From Octopus bimaculoides (taxonomy: Eukaryota), in the NCBI RefSeq assembly GCF_001194135.2, contig NC_068992.1:36371150-36429128 (forward strand): a stretch of 57,979 bases of DNA, read 5' to 3'. The translations under genes and the position numbers were made by a program. The notes below the pieces were generated by a model. That model was not told where the DNA came from. It worked only from the letters and a program-made list of their open reading frames with translations, and ran no database searches. This document shows positions 1 to 11,227 of the stretch, piece after piece. The stretch's first letter is position 1; every line of letters starts with the position of its first letter.

Positions 1-53
<53 letters not shown>

Positions 54-98
54 AAGTAGGTAGGTAGGTAGGTAGGTAGGTATGTAGGTAGGTAGGTT
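1..98. repeat. (AG)n followed by (GGTA)n microsatellite
   Basis: Seen directly in the sequence. Confidence 0.95.
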
Positions 99-400
99 GG
101 TCAGTTGGCCGGTTGGTTGCATGCAGTAGGCGGGTTAGTATGTAAGTAGGTAAAAAGCGATTGATGAATGAAGAATTATATCAACCGATTCGTGGAAATT
201 TGTCTATATTAATACATCGATTGCTTTACACATAGAATACGACACCATGCTTTGTTTTCCATGGAATTTTTCACACGGTAATTTTCTTTTAGCTTTTTAT
301 AGACAGTCATGGCTATGTGTACCAATGCAACAACGTTCTTTTTGCAACCACTTTCAACTCAACGTATTCTCTGCAATTTTTACTTGTACCTTTACATACA

Positions 401-532
<132 letters not shown>

Positions 533-545
533 GAAGTGAGTGAGA

Positions 546-790
546 GGACGCATGGCCTAGTGATCAGGTGATTAGAATGCTGCATTCACGATCACGAAAT
601 CGCGGTTTCAATTCCTGGACCGGGTGGTGGGTTGTATTCTTGAGCAAAAAACACTTCATCTCACGTTGCTCCACGATCACGTCGACACTTGGCGTGTGGT
701 ATACTGTGCATTTGTTCAGGCAATACCCATTTCATGGCGTGAGTGAGCTAATGTACATACATTTGGTCACTATAAACAAATCATTAGTGC
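546..790 (+). mobile_element. tRNA-derived SINE with a CORE-like central segment
   Basis: A-box-like TGGCCTAGTG at 553 and B-box-like GGTTTCAATTCC at 604. These are followed by GTTGTATTCTTGAGCAAAAAACACTTCATCTCACGTTGCTCCA, which resembles the GTGTCCTTGGGCAAGACACTT core of many SINEs. The 3' boundary is approximate. Confidence 0.6.
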
Positions 791-1155
791 AGGTCAAATT
801 TAATATTTGTTGGGGATTAGTAACATATCGGGTATGAAAGTTTTCTATCCTCTGAAGAAGAATCTTCATATTTGTGATACTTCCATGGCGATATTATAGG
901 TGTGGGATCATCCTTATATATCAGAGATAGTTTAGCAATACATATTAATTTTGAAGGTGTTAGTTGTATGTTGTTCATGACTCTAGGGGACGTGGTGCAG
1001 GTATGTATTTCGATATATGTAGTTATGAAGTATTTGAAGCATGATCTCCAATTAATTCATATTTCATGAAGTTAATTTAGTCTGGTTTGAGGCATTTAGC
1101 TCGTGTGTGAGGATGAACGCATCACAGAAACTTTAAAGAGGTGAAACATATTTGT

Positions 1156-1189
<34 letters not shown>

Positions 1190-1645
1190 TGTATGTACGT
1201 AACATCACCGAATAGTTATGAAATTCGCTTTGTAATTATCAGGCACCGGATTAGAGTTGGTCCAAGCTTTGTCAATGGACTAGATAGACAGAAACTGTGT
1301 TAAAGCCCACTGGATGGATTATACCAGTAATTCAAGGGTCTCCTCTTGCCACATACAAAGCAAGATAATTCTCTACATGAGGATTACGTTCAGTGAATAC
1401 GTGTTCTTGGAATGCTAAAACGCCTTCCCGTTAATACAATGTGAAGGTTATTCAGTTTATCGAACAAAGGAATACTAGTTGACGAGGCCAATGAAGAGCC
1501 ATTTACTTATATTTTATTCATATGGGTGTGAGTGTGTGTGTGTGCGTGTGTGTGTACGTATTTGTATATGTGTATCCTAGATATAGCGGCAGGAAACGAA
1601 GTTATGAAAGAATGAAACTTAAATTTAAATTAATTGAACATGTAT

Positions 1646-1701
1646 ACACACACGCAGAAAGTGAGGGAAAGAGAGAGGGAGAGAGAGAGTGAGAGTGTGT
1701 G

Positions 1702-1736
<35 letters not shown>

Positions 1737-1800
1737 CAGATAGACACACAGACAGACAGATAGACACACAGAGACAGAAAGGCAGACGGAGAGAGGGAGA
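1646..1800. repeat. (GA)n/(GACA)n/(GATA)n composite microsatellite
   Basis: Seen directly. Confidence 0.9.
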
Positions 1801-2483
1801 GGAGGGGAAACAGAGAGGTGAAGCGGAAAAAGACAAATAGACACACAAATGAAGAGACCGGATGGACGCAATATTGTCCTCTATGAGCTCGGCTTGATGA
1901 TTTTCCTACACACTAAATCAATATAATTTTTTTTTCTGAGAGAAAATGCTGCAGCGAATGCCTTTCACATTCTAGAGTGAGGAATCGTGTTAAAAAAAGT
2001 GTACATATCTTTGTTTTGACCGTCACTGCTTTGTGTGTTTGTGCTATAAATTAATTACAGTTAGGCAAGCTTCAACAGACAGCAGCAAAGAATTTGCTGT
2101 CTTCTGAACAGAAAAACAAAAAATCCCGCTTAGTTGTAAATGACTGAGGTGGTATCTATCACTGAAGAGGTGAAATCATGCCTTAAATCCGTGTTGGTAG
2201 TCTGCTAGGGTTACTTTGAGCTCGGCCTGATGAGTTTTTCACACAAAGTCTAAAGAGGAATTTTTCACCGAGACAAAATTCCATAGCCGTTGATGACGTA
2301 CAGGAGTGTGTAAAAAATACATATACTCATCTTTATTGTTTATGCTGCTAAACTAAAAAGATAGTGATTTGTCAATCAAAATCCCTTGTAGGAATTTCAT
2401 TGTGTTTTTGTAAATTGGAACGTTCATCCCTTGACCAAATTGTATATAATGGACAGGAGTGTGGTAGATAGAAAGTGACTGAT

Positions 2484-2493
2484 GCAGAAAATT

Positions 2494-2545
<52 letters not shown>

Positions 2546-2563
2546 GGGAGAAAGAGAAAGAGA

Positions 2564-2600
<37 letters not shown>
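2484..2600. repeat. (AG)n microsatellite, interrupted
   Basis: Seen directly. Confidence 0.9.
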
Positions 2601-2604
<4 letters not shown>

Positions 2605-2649
2605 AAAGAGAGCTGATATATTATCCTCTTGACTATAGGAAATATTTGT

Positions 2650-3320
2650 AAAAAATATCATTTTCAAATTTACCTTCAAACACGTAAACATAGAGTGATC
2701 AAGTCTGTTCCCATCTTCATTTACAATCTACTGAACTCAGTCCTAGAAATACTGATACTTCACTAATAGCAACCAATTTCCAAGGTATAATATTCCAAAG
2801 CACCAATCTATTTTGTAGTTTAAGCAATGGGAATAGTTTTCATAAGCATTCCTGTCTAAGAAGGTAAAATATATTTTGACATGTAGTAGATCTTGGTAAG
2901 ATCGTTTATCAGATGGATTTCTTCGTAAGTTTTAGTAATTGTTCATAAATGGATTTGGGTGTCGATTTTCTATTTCTTTAGCAAAAGCCAAAGAACTGTT
3001 ATCATTGTTAGAAGAATTCCAATATTGTTAATCTGTTTTGTTTACATAAGCAGATCTTGCCTAAATACCTGTCATGTTCATTTCTTCATCATTTTAGTAG
3101 CTCGATCCTTTAGCTTTGTAAGACTCCATTTCGTCAATTTTTGTTTGAAATAATAGCCGACTACAAAATATCGGCATCCGTATATTCCCTTATATATTAT
3201 GACTAAAAGTTTTGACCGAAGATGTAAATGTTGTCTTATATAATACATAATTACAGGCATTCTGCAATTTTCCTCGGAAAGCTGTTGCCCAATCCATATC
3301 ACAAGGTGTTTCATTTCAGA
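2650..3320 (-). pseudogene. Possible very old L1/Tx1-type ORF2 C-terminal remnant
   Basis: One long stop-riddled frame includes STPKSIYEQLL and ends near RLDHSMFTCLKV, which resembles the H-x4-C end of the L1 C-terminal zinc finger. Weak evidence. Confidence 0.25.
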
Positions 3321-3384
3321 CATAAGAAAATTATTGAATTAGGTTGAAATCACGGTCTTCAAATTGTCGGAGCATATACTTTTA

Positions 3385-3478
<94 letters not shown>
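3385..3478. repeat. (CTA)n-(CTG)n compound trinucleotide repeat
   Basis: Seen directly. Confidence 0.95.
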
Positions 3479-3488
3479 AATGATGTTT

Positions 3489-4250
3489 GTTAGGCGCAGC
3501 TTGTCTCTTTAACTGGGCTGCAGGACAGATCATGCATAAACTAAGGTAGACCGTCAGGCATTCACAGGCTTCTACCAATTATGCACTGCGATCGGTGGAT
3601 ATTACACCATGTGGTTCTTTAAGGAATTGCTGACGAATAAGAGCGATGACTTCTTTGTGGAAAACTTTAGGCGTCGATGAAAAAATCAACTAACTAGTCT
3701 TTTCTGGAGGATTTTCAGTTCAGGACCCATGGATAATTTTCAGAAATCCTTGGCCTAGAAGTGCTACCAGGCATTTTGCCAGTTCAAGGTAAACTCTACA
3801 AGCAGGATACTGCCATCAGCTGCGCCTGCCCGAGATTTACGGTGAGCGACGAAACCTTCCTGTACGCACTTATACAAAACTCGTGCATTCTGACCTGCGG
3901 AGTCATGTCGAACAGCTGCTGTCGCATGCTGGAGGGATCTAGCTATCGGCCAACACAATCTGGAAGATCGACCCACCAACTTCCCTTGGGAAAGAAGGGC
4001 AGGCAGTTTTCCATTGTCAAGTGATTATGTCGAAAGAGATTGTACGGTGGACGAGACTGAAAGGACTGAAAAGAGGCACTTTTCTCTTTGGTCAAGCCTT
4101 CACTGGCGTTTAAAATTCTATTTGGAAAGGAAAGTGATTTGAGAAGAATATGCTGTTTCCCCGTTGATTTGCTGCCAGATGAGTGAATGTTGTGAAGTTG
4201 GACCGAGCGAGTGGGCCTATTTAAGCTGGTGTCTGTTGGCTGCGGAGTAT
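3489..4250 (+). mobile_element. 5'-truncated, diverged relative of the Tx1-like LINE at 5750-11219 (3' part of ORF2)
   Basis: Collinear similarity by eye to 10190-10960. For example, GGCGTCGATGAAAAAATCAACTAACTAGTCTTTTCTGGAGGATTTTC matches GGCGTCGAGGAGCATCAACTGGCTGGTCTCTTCTGGAGGGATTTC. It encodes ACPRFTVSDETFLYALIQ, compared with ACPRCTRSD..ILHALVQ. Confidence 0.8.
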
Positions 4251-4260
4251 CGAGCTCACT

Positions 4261-4449
4261 GCGAGCTGACAGAATCGTTAGCACACCGGCCAAAATGCTT
4301 AGCGGTATTTCATCTGTTGCTACGTTCTAAGTTCAAATTCCACCGAAGTGGACTTTACCTTTCATCCTCTCAGGGTCGATACATTAAGTATCAGTGATCG
4401 ACTAGTCAGCTCCCCTAAAATTTAAGGTCTTGTACCTATAGCAGAAAGG

Positions 4450-4482
<33 letters not shown>
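4261..4482 (+). mobile_element. SINE family B copy with an (ATT)11 tail
   Basis: GCGAGCTGACAGAATCGTTAGCACACCGG...GTTCAAATTCC (tRNA-like boxes)...GGGTCGAT...GCAGAAAGGATTATT. About ten related copies occur in the window. Confidence 0.85.
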
Positions 4483-4485
<3 letters not shown>

Positions 4486-4768
4486 TAGTTTTATTTTTAT
4501 AAAGTGCTTTCACTTCACTACCGAGCGCAGCTCTGTGCGCCTTGGGTATGTGCTGTGGTTTGCTGTGGTGCTCTTATGTTTACTGTATTGAAAGTGTTTT
4601 GCGTAGAATGTGTGCAGTACCCAGTAGTGCAATTTTCTGTATGTTATATATATTTGTAAGTCCTGGTGTTTTTGTTATGTATTTGTCTGAATATTTTTTT
4701 ATTATACCTAAGGCACCTACTATGATAGGAATTGTTTCTGTTTTTAGATTCCACATTCGAGTTATCTC
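4483..4768 (-). mobile_element. 3' end of a young R4/Dong-clade REL non-LTR retrotransposon (C-terminus plus 3' UTR), running into a gap
   Basis: Encodes EITRMWNLKTETIPIIVGALGIIKKY...IQKIALLGTAHILRKTLSIQ*, the typical R4-clade REL C-terminus. It abuts (ATT)n and differs from 16052-16292 at 2 of 241 nt. Confidence 0.85.
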
Positions 4769-5818
4769 NNNNNNNNNNNNNNNNNNNNNNNNNNNNNNNN
4801 NNNNNNNNNNNNNNNNNNNNNNNNNNNNNNNNNNNNNNNNNNNNNNNNNNNNNNNNNNNNNNNNNNNNNNNNNNNNNNNNNNNNNNNNNNNNNNNNNNNN
4901 NNNNNNNNNNNNNNNNNNNNNNNNNNNNNNNNNNNNNNNNNNNNNNNNNNNNNNNNNNNNNNNNNNNNNNNNNNNNNNNNNNNNNNNNNNNNNNNNNNNN
5001 NNNNNNNNNNNNNNNNNNNNNNNNNNNNNNNNNNNNNNNNNNNNNNNNNNNNNNNNNNNNNNNNNNNNNNNNNNNNNNNNNNNNNNNNNNNNNNNNNNNN
5101 NNNNNNNNNNNNNNNNNNNNNNNNNNNNNNNNNNNNNNNNNNNNNNNNNNNNNNNNNNNNNNNNNNNNNNNNNNNNNNNNNNNNNNNNNNNNNNNNNNNN
5201 NNNNNNNNNNNNNNNNNNNNNNNNNNNNNNNNNNNNNNNNNNNNNNNNNNNNNNNNNNNNNNNNNNNNNNNNNNNNNNNNNNNNNNNNNNNNNNNNNNNN
5301 NNNNNNNNNNNNNNNNNNNNNNNNNNNNNNNNNNNNNNNNNNNNNNNNNNNNNNNNNNNNNNNNNNNNNNNNNNNNNNNNNNNNNNNNNNNNNNNNNNNN
5401 NNNNNNNNNNNNNNNNNNNNNNNNNNNNNNNNNNNNNNNNNNNNNNNNNNNNNNNNNNNNNNNNNNNNNNNNNNNNNNNNNNNNNNNNNNNNNNNNNNNN
5501 NNNNNNNNNNNNNNNNNNNNNNNNNNNNNNNNNNNNNNNNNNNNNNNNNNNNNNNNNNNNNNNNNNNNNNNNNNNNNNNNNNNNNNNNNNNNNNNNNNNN
5601 NNNNNNNNNNNNNNNNNNNNNNNNNNNNNNNNNNNNNNNNNNNNNNNNNNNNNNNNNNNNNNNNNNNNNNNNNNNNNNNNNNNNNNNNNNNNNNNNNNNN
5701 NNNNNNNNNNNNNNNNNNNNNNNNNNNNNNNNNNNNNNNNNNNNNNNNNGAGGTGATACAAACCATTTTGTTTTTAAATTTCTTTGAAAATTTACTTCGA
5801 TGAAAGTAAACATTGAAG

Positions 5819-7370
5819 ATGGTAGCGAAAAGCGGGAGTGAGGAAAGAAGGTAGTACGGCGGTTTGCACGTCCTCTCCACCATGATTGGCAGTAGACAGC
5901 AGGAAGAAAAGATCGAAGAAGTGTCAAGAAAAGAAGAAAGGAGAGGAAGAGCAGAAAGAAAGCGAGAGTAGGGAAGGAGTAAAATCTCCCTCACTATATG
6001 GAAATTGTAGTAGCACGCAAAACAATATTGAAAACAACTGCGGCGAAGAATCTAACAAAAATGGAGTTAGCGGTAGGAAAGAAACTTTTGCAAATATCAT
6101 GGCAGCTAAGGAATTAGTTAACATCTAGTTGGAGAAAAAAAATAGAAAAACTAAACAAGGCAGCAAAATATATGAAACTGAATGGAAGGAGGGCAAAATT
6201 GACGCCTCCAAGCGACGTGCTAGAAGCAATAGCCGAACGGACCGTTGTATACAGGTACGTGAACACAAAGACAAGGAAACTCGAAAATGCTAAACGCGAC
6301 CAAGTGGAAAAAGGCTGAAAGACACATGGCAGGATAGTCACCGCATTGCAAGAGCGAGGCAGTACGGTGGAGTAGAGGTCCTTTTTGAGACCGAGGAGCA
6401 TATGATACAGAACTCGATGACCACGCCTCGCACCGAGAAAATCACCCTTTTCCCACCGTGACTGGATTTATGGTGGATACTCGCCTGTATTTGCACATAC
6501 GGCGCGAAATATTTCTTGGATGTTAAAATATCGAGGAGGGAAAATTGGGTTGGAACTACCTTGGAGGTTCTTCTCCACGTGAAGCCAGACTAGTTAGAAA
6601 AAGTCCCAGACCTGATTTTCCTCTTGAATGGAGTAGAAATAAGGGTGAACGTGGAAGGCAGAAGGCCAAGGTGCCACGATTGTGGTTCAACGGCCTACTT
6701 ATTGTTTCACTACCCACAAAACCAAAACAGAAGGGCAGAAAGAAATGTCCAAACGAAAGCACCATAACCCATGAGTCGACGGAAACAACAAGAACAACAA
6801 CAATAACAACAGAAAGGCAGGGGAATAGAAACAGAAATTGAACCCAAGGAGGCAAAACAGGCAGGTGTTACAGTAAAGGTGGCAGTGGGAGTGGCACCAG
6901 CCGCGGTGGCGGAAGCTACTGTAGCAGGAGCAACAACAACATCAACAACAGCAATAACAGCACCAACTACTACAAGAGAACCAGAGCAAACAACACTAGA
7001 AGAAAACATACAAGACACGGACTCCTCCACGCATCCAAGTAATGAGGAGGGGAAGCCCAAAAGGAAAGAAAAAAAACAACAAAAAAAAACAAGAAAGAGA
7101 CACAAAAAAAGGGAGAAATTCAAGAAACGGCAAACACAGACACACTGATGACAACACCAATACTACAAACACCATAAACACCAATACCATCATAAACACC
7201 CACCACAGAATCTAAGACAGACCAACAGAATCTAAGAAAAATGTTACCAAAACAACAACCATCCGCACAGCAACAGAAATTTGTGCTAGTGAGGAGGGCT
7301 AATAAAAAGCTGATGGCCCTCATAACACAAAACGAGAACATTGAAACACTTTTAGCGTACCTGAGAGCTT
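5819..7370 (+). pseudogene. Tx1 ORF1 (gag-like) remnant
   Basis: VEIRVNVEGRRPRCHDCGSTAYLLFHYP at about 6634-6716 is a CX2CX4HX4C knuckle with H>Y and C>Y changes. A T/A/E/K-rich low-complexity tail follows. Multiple stops and frameshifts. Confidence 0.65.
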
Positions 7371-7585
7371 AATAATGATGCGTATGGCATTAGAGACTTA
7401 TGTGAGCATTAAACGGAGCTTCCCGTATGACATTGGATCTCCCAGTGTAACAGCCAGCAGATGGCTATTAAGGGGATTCCCAGAGGGACCCAACAAAACA
7501 GACAGGGTGGGAGAATCACTTGACCACAGACAGCACCAGGAGGGTAAGTGACACTCCTTTTTCCTTTCCTTACTTCCTGACCAGC

Positions 7586-10500
7586 ATGACAGTTCTTAAA
7601 GTAGGGTGTATAAATGTACGTGGCCTGGGGTCGTCGGGGAAGCAAGGATGCGTGCACAACGAACTCAGGTGGTTAAGTTTGCATGTAATAGCCGTCAGTG
7701 AGACCAGGATCACGGACACATGGTCTTGGCTCTCATTTTCGATGACTTTGGTATTTTCGCATCTCTTAGTTAACCGGAAATGGGGAGTAGCAATGCTGCT
7801 CAAAAAAGGCCTGGATCTCGAGATACGGTCGGTCGGTCTTCTTGGACCAGGAAGGTAAGTCGGTGGTTCTTGGACGTGAACAATAACGAAGGCAGTGCTT
7901 TTAAACTGGTTGCAGTGTACACACTGAGAGGAGCGGGGCAGCCGGAGTTCTTCAGATGCCTGGAGGCCTTTCTAGGAACGTCTCGCTCTTTAGTGTTAGT
8001 GGGCGACTGGAACGCCATTTTGGATGTATGTGTGGATTGGGTGGGGTAGCAGACAGGAAAGGGGGTGCACAAGCCTTGTAAACCTGCTCATTCATTTCCA
8101 GTTGGCGGACACGTTCAGACTGGATTCCCTGAACACTCCAGTTCTGACACAGGCAAACAGTGTCCGGTTATCTAGATCTGATCTAGATAGGGTATTTTGT
8201 AGGCCAGCAGATAGGAATAGCATAGGGTGTCCACAATTTGAATTCGTCAACTACACAGACCACAAATTTGTGGTCTGTACGGTTGACCTAGATAGGCTCC
8301 ATAGGCAGGGACCCGGATACTGGAAGCTGAAAGCGTCCTTTCCGGCGCCTCAAGCTTTCAGAGACCGGCTTAGCAAGTTAGTCCATCGAATGTTGATGGG
8401 TGCAGTCGTCAACAACCGATGGTGAGGGACCCTAAAAAGGGCGATTAGAGTAGAAGCTGTAGAATTTAGCAGAGAACTAGCGACAGAGAAGACTAGAGTA
8501 GAGGGAGACCGAGTTAGGAAATTAGAGGAAGCACTCAGTAGATGCATAATGACCAACATGCTGGCAACAAGATTGCTTCTGAACCAATTTTTCAACACCA
8601 AACATGAAGGTTGCATTGTCAGAGCTAGGGCGAGTGCTCTAAAGCAGGATGGAACGGAAGCCGTTCGACGGGCCCGGGTGGCTGTGGTGCAACTTTTTGA
8701 TAAAATTATAATTCGGTCTTTGAGGTGTCAGGACGGGTACATGCTACACGAGTCGAAGCAGATGTGTGCGGAATTTCAGCGTCACTTTGCTGAACTGTAC
8801 GGGGCGCGCGGTAGCCCGGAGGCGGAGGTGAACATCACCTCCTACATTGATACTATGTCGTGGCTTTCGGCCGGGGGCGTAGAGTATTGCAAAATGCCGA
8901 TTACAGCTGAAGATATACGTGACACGTTGGCTAGTTGCACGAGGGAGAGATCTCCGGGGTTGGATGGTCTACCCTTCGGGCTTTATATACATATACCAGA
9001 CTTGTTTGGTGTGCTTATGGTAGGCGTCTACCGCAACTGGGAGTAGAACGGGAGAATACCGGATCTGTGAGCCGAGGTGTGGTGTCGTTACTGAGAAAGG
9101 GTCCGAACAAGGGGGACATTGTCGATAACTTGAGGCCGGTCACTCTGCTACATACAGATAACAAAATTTTGGCCAAGGTGTTAGCAAAGAGGTTGGCGCT
9201 TGTCATTGACAGACTGGTGTGTGATGCGCAGACTTGTACTACCCCCAGCAGAACTATACACAACAACCTCCACCTCACGCGATGCATCATAGAGAGGGTT
9301 GGTAAAAAAACCTGGCATGGATGGGGCCCTGATCCATTTGGATCAATCGAAAACTTTTGATATGGTCGACCATCTGTACTTGGAAGATGTCCTCAAGGTG
9401 GCTGGTTTCTGACCCGTTTTCAGAGGCTGGATCGCTGCAATGTACAGCGACATCTGTTTGGTGGTCAAAGTAAATGACCACGTCTCGGAATCGTTTAGTA
9501 TCGCAAGTTCGGCCCATCAAAGATGCCCACTCTCACCCCTTCTCCTCGAACTGGCACTCGAGCCATTTCTGCGAAAGTTGGAGGTTTAGAGGGGCACCCC
9601 GCGGGAGCGGGAATGTGGAAAGGTTCGTGTCGGCGTATGCGGGTGACGTCATCGTGATAGTGTCGGACATCTCAGAAATTGAGATGGCGGCACTATGCTA
9701 AGGCAATATGAAGCGGTGACAGGAGCAATGATCAACGAAGAGAAGTCAGTGGGTCTGCATAGAGAGGCAGGCCCAAGCCAACCGACAGCATTGTGGGGCG
9801 CTGGAAGGAAGAGCCTCTCAAGTTGCTCAGGGTCTGGTTCAGTCCGGATCTCCAAGTGGACAAGAACTGGGGCGAGGTGACAGACATGGTGGCCAATCAC
9901 ACCCAGAAATGGTCCAAGAGGAAGCTGTCACTCAAAGGTCTGGTGGAGTTGGCGAATGTATACATCGCATCCGTCATATACTACCTCCTGATTGTCGTCC
10001 CGTGTCCCGTTTCGTGTCTGAACGGGCTGGTGTGTTTGCTCTTCCGCTCCCTGTGGAAGGGAAGAGGTACCGCTTGTCAGTACCCGTTGCGTGGAGGACT
10101 GGAATTCCATGGCTGAAGGTGCACAGACATGCGTTGAGGCTGCGGCATCTCTAACGATACCTTAACGAGCAGGTGTAGTCACCATTTGTTGAACGCGCTT
10201 CTCTGTAGTTCATTTCCCTGGCGGAGCTGACCGCCTGGATCAGACGCAGACGGAGGCAGGGCGCTTGGTACCCAGAATGTCTCCAAGCGCTCACAACCCT
10301 CGGCCAGTCGGGCAATGCGGTCGGTAGCAGTTCCACCTTGGAGTTCTATAGGGGATTAGTGGAGGGCAAGAGCGACGACCTACTCGGAGAGGTCCTGGGC
10401 GTCGAGGAGCATCAACTGGCTGGTCTCTTCTGGAGGGATTTCGGGCCGAGAACTATGGATAACTTCAAGAAATCTCTGGCCTGGCAGTGCTAACGGGGAG

Positions 10501-10970
10501 GCTCTGCTGGTTGGAAACAAGCTCTGCAGGCATGGGTGTGCAGTCAGTCGGGCTTGTCCGAGATGCACGCGGAGCGATGAACCATTTTGCATGCTCTCGT
10601 ACAATTCCCGCGCATTGCTGACTTGTGGAGCTTTGTCGAACAGTTATTGTCACGTGTAGGACGGATCCGGATATCGTCCGAGTCCATTGTGAAGATCGCC
10701 CTGCCTCCTTCCTTTGGCCGGGAAGGGAGGACAATTTTTCTTTGTCTGGTGGCTATGGCAAAAGAGGTTGTGTGACGGACGTGATTAAGACGGTTGAATA
10801 CGGGTACTATTCTCTTTGGCCAAGACCTCATTAACTTTTTCAGGTTCCACCTGAAAAGGATATTGAGGCTGGAGAGGGAGGTACTATCACCCAGTAAGTT
10901 CGTGGAAAGGTGGGTAAATGTGGCAAGAAAGTCCCATGTGAACGAGTCTATTCTAAGTGTGCGCCTGTAG
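7586..10970 (+). pseudogene. Tx1 ORF2 (APE endonuclease, RT, zinc finger), frameshifted
   Basis: APE motifs MTVLKVGCINVRG, AVSETR, LVGDWNAILD, SDLDRVF and YTDHKFV. RT motifs SPGLDGLP, NLRPVTLLHTDNKILAKVLAKRL and DQSKTFDMVDH. YAGD at 9636-9647 replaces the catalytic YADD. Zinc finger CPRC...HALVQ near 10555. Stop TAG at 10968-10970. Confidence 0.9.
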
Positions 10971-11227
10971 ACCAGAAGGAAAGAAGAAAGGGTGCCTTCC
11001 TGCGGAGCCATTTGTGTTAAGAGGGTCTAAAGTGCGTGAGGTCTCTTTGGTCACCTTTCAGTGGAATTTCCCCCTATTTGGGAAGCCTATTGTTGATTTA
11101 ATCTCTTTGTTAATCGTTGTGTTTGATGTCTGTTTACACGTTTAACCTGACTGTCTCGCGTCTGTGTATCGTCCTATATGTTTTGTGTTGGGCCCTGGTG
11201 GCCAATAAAGAAAAAAAAATTATTATT

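Larger units (their letters stand above)
5750..11219 (+). mobile_element. Near-full-length, decayed Tx1/L1-clade non-LTR retrotransposon
   Basis: ORF1 remnant with a zinc knuckle, ORF2 with APE, RT and C-terminal zinc finger, and a 3' UTR ending AATAAAG-A9 at 11204-11219. The 5' end lies at or within the gap. Confidence 0.9.

Noticed and set aside
780-1150. Possible PLE GIY-YIG tail remnants (also 46150-46400 and 50400-50700)
   Set aside because: Only faint motif echoes after several assumed frameshifts. Not supportable without a profile search.
1884-2360. Weak ~330-bp duplication starting GAGCTCGGC(T/C)TGATGA
   Set aside because: Similarity fades quickly and there is no ribozyme second half. 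It is too degenerate to call.
4542-5994. Long ORFs of 260-430 aa spanning N runs (also near 16.1-17.1, 20.7, 23.7, 45.0 and 53.1 kb)
   Set aside because: Their length comes from assembly gaps translated as X.
6879-7148. Thr/Ala-rich mucin-like ORF
   Set aside because: It lies inside the Tx1 ORF1 region and is a low-complexity linker.
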